Shown: positions 41,150 through 44,887 of the stretch, piece by piece | Layout: each line of letters opens with the position of its first letter | Position numbering within the stretch: the first letter of the stretch is position 1 | Assembly (NCBI GenBank): GCA_031370785.1 | Contig: JANMQY010000059.1 | Coordinates: forward strand, 1-44,887 | Length of the DNA stretch: 44,887 nucleotides | Origin: Candidatus Eiseniibacteriota bacterium | Lineage (GTDB): Bacteria > Eisenbacteria > RBG-16-71-46 | Reading direction: 5' to 3' | Made by a program: the position numbers and the translations under genes | The notes under the pieces: generated by a model | Told to the model about the DNA's origin: nothing | The model's database searches: none | The model's input: only the letters and a program-made list of their open reading frames with translations

Positions 41150-42160
41150 ATGACTTCGACCGCCCGCGCCCACCGCCTCAGGCTCGTACTCGCGTTCGCC
41201 GCCGTCTACCTGATCTGGGGCTCGACCTACCTCGGCATCCGGCTCGCGATCGATTCGATCCCGCCGCTGATCATGGCCGGGACGAGGCTGCTGTTGGCTG
41301 GCGCCCTGCTCATGGCATGGGCGCGGGCGCGCGGCGCCGCATGGCCGACGCCTGCGGAGTGGCGTTCGACCGCGCTCATCGGGATCATGCTGCTCGCGGT
41401 CGGAAACGGGACCGTGACCTGGTCGGAGCAGAAGGTGCCCTCGGGACTGGTCGCGCTGATGGTCGCGACCGTTCCGATCTGGATGAGCCTGCTCTCGCGC
41501 CTCGGTGCCGAGCGCGGCGCGCGGCCTGTGCTCTCGGGACGCGTGCTGCTCGGCGTGCTGATGGGCGTTGCCGGCATCGCGCTCCTGATCGGACCGGGCG
41601 CGGTCGCGGGTCAGGGCCACATCGATCCCGTGGCCGCCACGGCGTTGGCGCTGAGCTCGTTCTCGTGGGCGCTTGGCTCGCTCATCGCTCGCCGGATCCC
41701 CCTGCCACGCTCGCCGATGGTGGCGACCGCCGCAGAGATGCTGATCGCGGGCGCAGTGCTCACCGCGGCGGGATTCGCGGTGGGCGAGGGGCCGCGGCTC
41801 AGGTTCGACGCGATGACGCCGGTTTCGCTCGGCGCGTTCGTATACCTGGTGACCTTCGGCTCGATCGTCGCGTTTACCGCGTATGTGTGGCTGCTGAGGG
41901 TGAGCACGCCGGCCCGAGTCTCGACCTATGCGTTCGTGAATCCGGTCGTGGCGGTGCTGCTGGGCTGGGCGATCCTCGGCGAGAGCCTGACCGCGCGCAC
42001 CGGCATCGCGGCCGCGATCATCATCGGCGCGGTCGCGATGATCACCTCGGCCCCGGCGCCGAGCGTGGCGCGAATGGTCCCGGCTCCGGTGTCGGGCGAT
42101 GGTGCCGAAGAGGGACTCGCGGCGGGCGCGAACACGCGAAGCGGCGTAGTTGGCAAATGA
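41150..42160 (+). CDS. EamA/DMT family transporter (YedA-like)
   Basis: 'VYLIWGSTYLGIR', 'FGSIVAFTAYVWLL', 'YAFVNPVVAVLLG'; about 10 TM helices. Confidence 0.92.
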   Translation: MTSTARAHRLRLVLAFAAVYLIWGSTYLGIRLAIDSIPPLIMAGTRLLLAGALLMAWARARGAAWPTPAEWRSTALIGIMLLAVGNGTVTWSEQKVPSGLVALMVATVPIWMSLLSRLGAERGARPVLSGRVLLGVLMGVAGIALLIGPGAVAGQGHIDPVAATALALSSFSWALGSLIARRIPLPRSPMVATAAEMLIAGAVLTAAGFAVGEGPRLRFDAMTPVSLGAFVYLVTFGSIVAFTAYVWLLRVSTPARVSTYAFVNPVVAVLLGWAILGESLTARTGIAAAIIIGAVAMITSAPAPSVARMVPAPVSGDGAEEGLAAGANTRSGVVGK

Positions 42161-42361
42161 GCCGCCCCGACGTCGCGAGCGCGCCCCGGTTCGAGACGAT
42201 CCAGGGGCGCACCGCCTCTTCCGTCGCCCGAAACCCGCCGCTCATCCGTTCGCGTTTCGCATCCCGGTCCGGACCTGTTGTGCTGGCGGTCGCACTTGCC
42301 CGATCCGGCACGCCCTCGGTCGCGGCGCACCGCGACCCATCGCACGAAAGGCTGTACTCCG

Positions 42362-44224
42362 ATGAAGCGAATTCTTCTTGCGCTCGCGCTGCTGCTGGTC
42401 GCGGGGCACGCGGCCGCACAGGGGACGAAGCTCAAGCAGCGTTCCGATATCGACCCAAAGTACAAGTGGCGGCTCGAGGACATCTACTCCACCAATGAAG
42501 CGTGGGACGCGGACTTCAAGCGCGCCGGGTCGCTCATTCCGAAGGTCGCTTCGTTCAAGGGCAAGCTCGGAAATTCGGGCGCGACGCTCCTCGCCGCGCT
42601 AAAGGCGCAGGACGAGCTGTTCGACATCACCTCGAAGCTGACGGTTTATGCGAACATGCGCCGCGACGAGGACAACCGGGTCGCGATCTATCAGGGCCAG
42701 GCGGACCGCATCAGCTCGCTCAATTCGAAGGTGGGAGAGGCGGTCGCGTATTTCAATCCCGAGCTGCTCACGATCAGCCCGGCCAGGCTCGCGCAATTCT
42801 ACAAGACCACGCCCGGGCTGCGGATCTACAAGCATCATCTCGACGACATCCAGCGCACCCGCGCCCACACCCTGAGCGAGAAGGAAGAGAAGCTGCTGGC
42901 CTCGGTCGGCGACTTCAGCGGCTCCCCCGGGGCGATCTTCACCGCCTTCAACAACGCCGATCTGCGCTACGGCACGATCCGCGACGAGAAGGGCAAGGAG
43001 ATCGAACTGACCAAGGGTGGATTCCAGCGCGCGCTCGAATCGCCCGACCGACGGATGCGGCGCGACGCGTTCCGCGCGTTCAACGGCGCCTATCAGAAGT
43101 TCAACAACACGCTCGGCCAGACCATGAACGCGAACGTGAAGTCGGACGAGTTCTACGCGCACGCGCGCCGATACGGCAGCGCGGTCGAGGCCTCGCTCGA
43201 CGGTCCCAACATCCCGATCAGCGTGTACCGGAACCTGGTGTCGACCGTGGGTGCGCACGTCGGCTCGCTGCACCGCTACGCCGCGCTGCGAAAGAGATGG
43301 ATGAAGCTCGACACGCTGCGGGTGTACGACCTGTACGCGCCGCTCGTGCCCGACGCCAGGATCGACGTGCCCTATGAGAAGGCGAAGGAGAACGTGCTCA
43401 ACGGTCTGAAACCCCTGGGCGAGGAATACCTCAGCGTGTTCCGCAAGGGGCTCGAAAGCGGCTGAATCGACGTGTACGAGACCGAGGGGAAAACTTCGGG
43501 CGCGTACAACTGGGGGTCGTACTCGACGCACCCTTATATCCTGATGAACTACAACAACACGCTGAACGACGAGTTCACCCTGGCGCACGAGATGGGCCAC
43601 GCGCTGCATTCGTACTTCACGCACGCGAGCCAGCCCTACATCTACGGCGACTACGCGACGTTCGTCGCCGAAGTGGCCTCGACCACCAACGAGGCCACGC
43701 TCATCAATTACCTGCTTCAGCAGGAGATGACCAGGGCGCAGAAGCTGTACCTGCTCAACTACCTGCTCGAGCAGATCCGCACCACGATGTTCCGCCAGAC
43801 CCTGTTCGCCGAGTTCGAGCTCAAGACCCACGAGCTGGCCGAGAAGGGCGAGCCGCTGACCGCCGACGCGATGAACGGCGTCTACCGCGACCTGATGCAG
43901 CGTTACTACGGGCCCGACCTGGTGCTCGATCCCGAGGCGCAGTACGAATGGAGCCGGATTCCGCATTTTTACAACAGCTATTACGTGTACCAGTACGCCA
44001 CCAGCTATTGCGCCGCGACCGCGCTCTCGAAGAAGATCATCGCCGAGGGCGATCCGGCGGTGCAGAAGTACCTCGCGTTCCTGCGCTCAGGCAGCAGCGA
44101 GTATCCAATCGAGGTGCTGAAGAAGGCCGGCGTCGACATGACCACCCCGGCGCCGATCGAGGCCACGATCGCGCGTTTCGACCAGGTGCTCACCGAAATG
44201 GAGAAGCTGCACGACGCGAAGTAG
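42362..44224 (+). pseudogene. pepF: Oligoendopeptidase F (M3B) with signal peptide, interrupted by in-frame TGA at 43463-43465
   Basis: 'RSDIDPKYKWRLEDIY', 'G*IDVYETEGKTSGAY' (family has W-I-D), 'HPYILMNY', 'LAHEMGH', 'FVAEVAST', 'WSRIPHFY'; both parts are in one frame. Confidence 0.88.
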
Positions 44225-44236
44225 CTCGCGACAGGC

Positions 44237-44266
44237 GCGGGCTGCCCGAGTCATTGGGCAGCTCGC
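44237..44266. repeat. 30-nt palindromic hairpin (REP-like/terminator), related copy at 13442-13471
   Basis: GCGGGCTGCCCGA-GTCA-TTGGGCAGCTCGC versus GCGGGCCCCGCGA-GTCA-TCGGGTAGCTCGC. Confidence 0.7.
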
Positions 44267-44278
44267 GGCGCAGCTTCG

Positions 44279-44887
44279 TCATGAAGCCACAGGCGCAGCG
44301 CGGCGCACGCAGTTCGGAGCGAGTCCTCGCAGCGCGACGCGCACCCGCTCCTCGAGGGGTGCGTCGGGGATGTCCGCGCAGAGCGCGGCTCCTCGGCGGG
44401 CCTCCTCGGCGCTGAATCTGAGCTCGCGAAGCACGGGAATCACGTCCGCCGCTGCTGTCGCGGCTTCAGACTTCGACCGAACCTGCGCCTGCGGGTGTGC
44501 CTGCGCGCGCTCCCGTGCCAGCTCCTGCTTCCGAACCTGGGCCTCTCGCGCCTGTTTGCGCTCCTGCGTACGCTCGCGCGTCGCCTGCCGCTTCCCGCGC
44601 ATGAACCCGGCGCCGAACGTGCACTCGGCCGTGTACTGGTTGTGCGCCCGGCACCGCAGCCGCATCCGATCCGCCGTCGTCTGCCCTCCACGCGCAACCG
44701 GATCGATGTGATCGAACTCCAGTCGGTCACGCGCTTCGCAACGCCCCCCACTCTCGCTGACGAACGTGCATTGGCCGCCGTCTCGCTGCGAGACGGTGCG
44801 CCGGATCTCGGCAGGGACGTAGCGACCGTTCGCAGAGCTGCGGCGCGGGCGCGACCGGGCGCACTTGGCGAACTTCCGCTGCTCGAG
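44279..44887 (-). CDS. HNH endonuclease, copy 2 (3' part; runs off the window)
   Basis: Open frame from the edge: LEQRKFAKCARSRPRRSSANGRYVPAEIRRTVSQRDGGQCTFVSESGGRCEARDRLEFDHIDPVARGG...RCRAHNQY...LAPNCVRRAAPVAS*, closely matching copy 1. Confidence 0.88.
   Translation of the reverse strand, partial: LEQRKFAKCARSRPRRSSANGRYVPAEIRRTVSQRDGGQCTFVSESGGRCEARDRLEFDHIDPVARGGQTTADRMRLRCRAHNQYTAECTFGAGFMRGKRQATRERTQERKQAREAQVRKQELARERAQAHPQAQVRSKSEAATAAADVIPVLRELRFSAEEARRGAALCADIPDAPLEERVRVALRGLAPNCVRRAAPVAS

Noticed and set aside
43463..43500. Selenocysteine in PepF
   Set aside because: The position aligns with a conserved Trp, not Cys; the downstream hairpin is weak

Overview
GC-rich bacterial chromosomal window. 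The C-terminal FlgD-Ig sorting-type domain and a multicopy HNH family suggest an FCB-related lineage such as Ca. Eisenbacteria (inference only). It contains, in order: an ECF sigma/zinc anti-sigma/2x DUF4097 operon; dinB-family gene; a leucine-catabolism methylcrotonyl-CoA carboxylase cluster; a GT-C/TPR membrane protein; a lipoprotein; an HNH endonuclease (second partial copy at the right edge); an M13 peptidase; the housekeeping run phoH-7TM/HD(pgpH-like)-ybeY-DUF502-recO-glyQ-glyS; a Ser/Thr kinase; a 3093-aa secreted matrixin/beta-propeller protein with two partner genes; pyrR; an M61 peptidase; an EamA transporter; and pepF. The best candidate for something new is a gene after glyS (24666-25259) that the ORF track splits in two. 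An in-frame TGA falls in a C-U-x-x-C motif (IGFC*AGCP) of an exported triple-YHS/TRASH-like protein and is followed by a SECIS-like hairpin, so it is probably an unannotated selenoprotein. Two other in-frame stops (TAG in a DUF4097 gene, TGA at the conserved Trp of pepF) look like nonsense mutations or sequence errors. Both HNH copies lie next to a shared 30-nt palindrome. No rRNA, tRNA or CRISPR array was seen.
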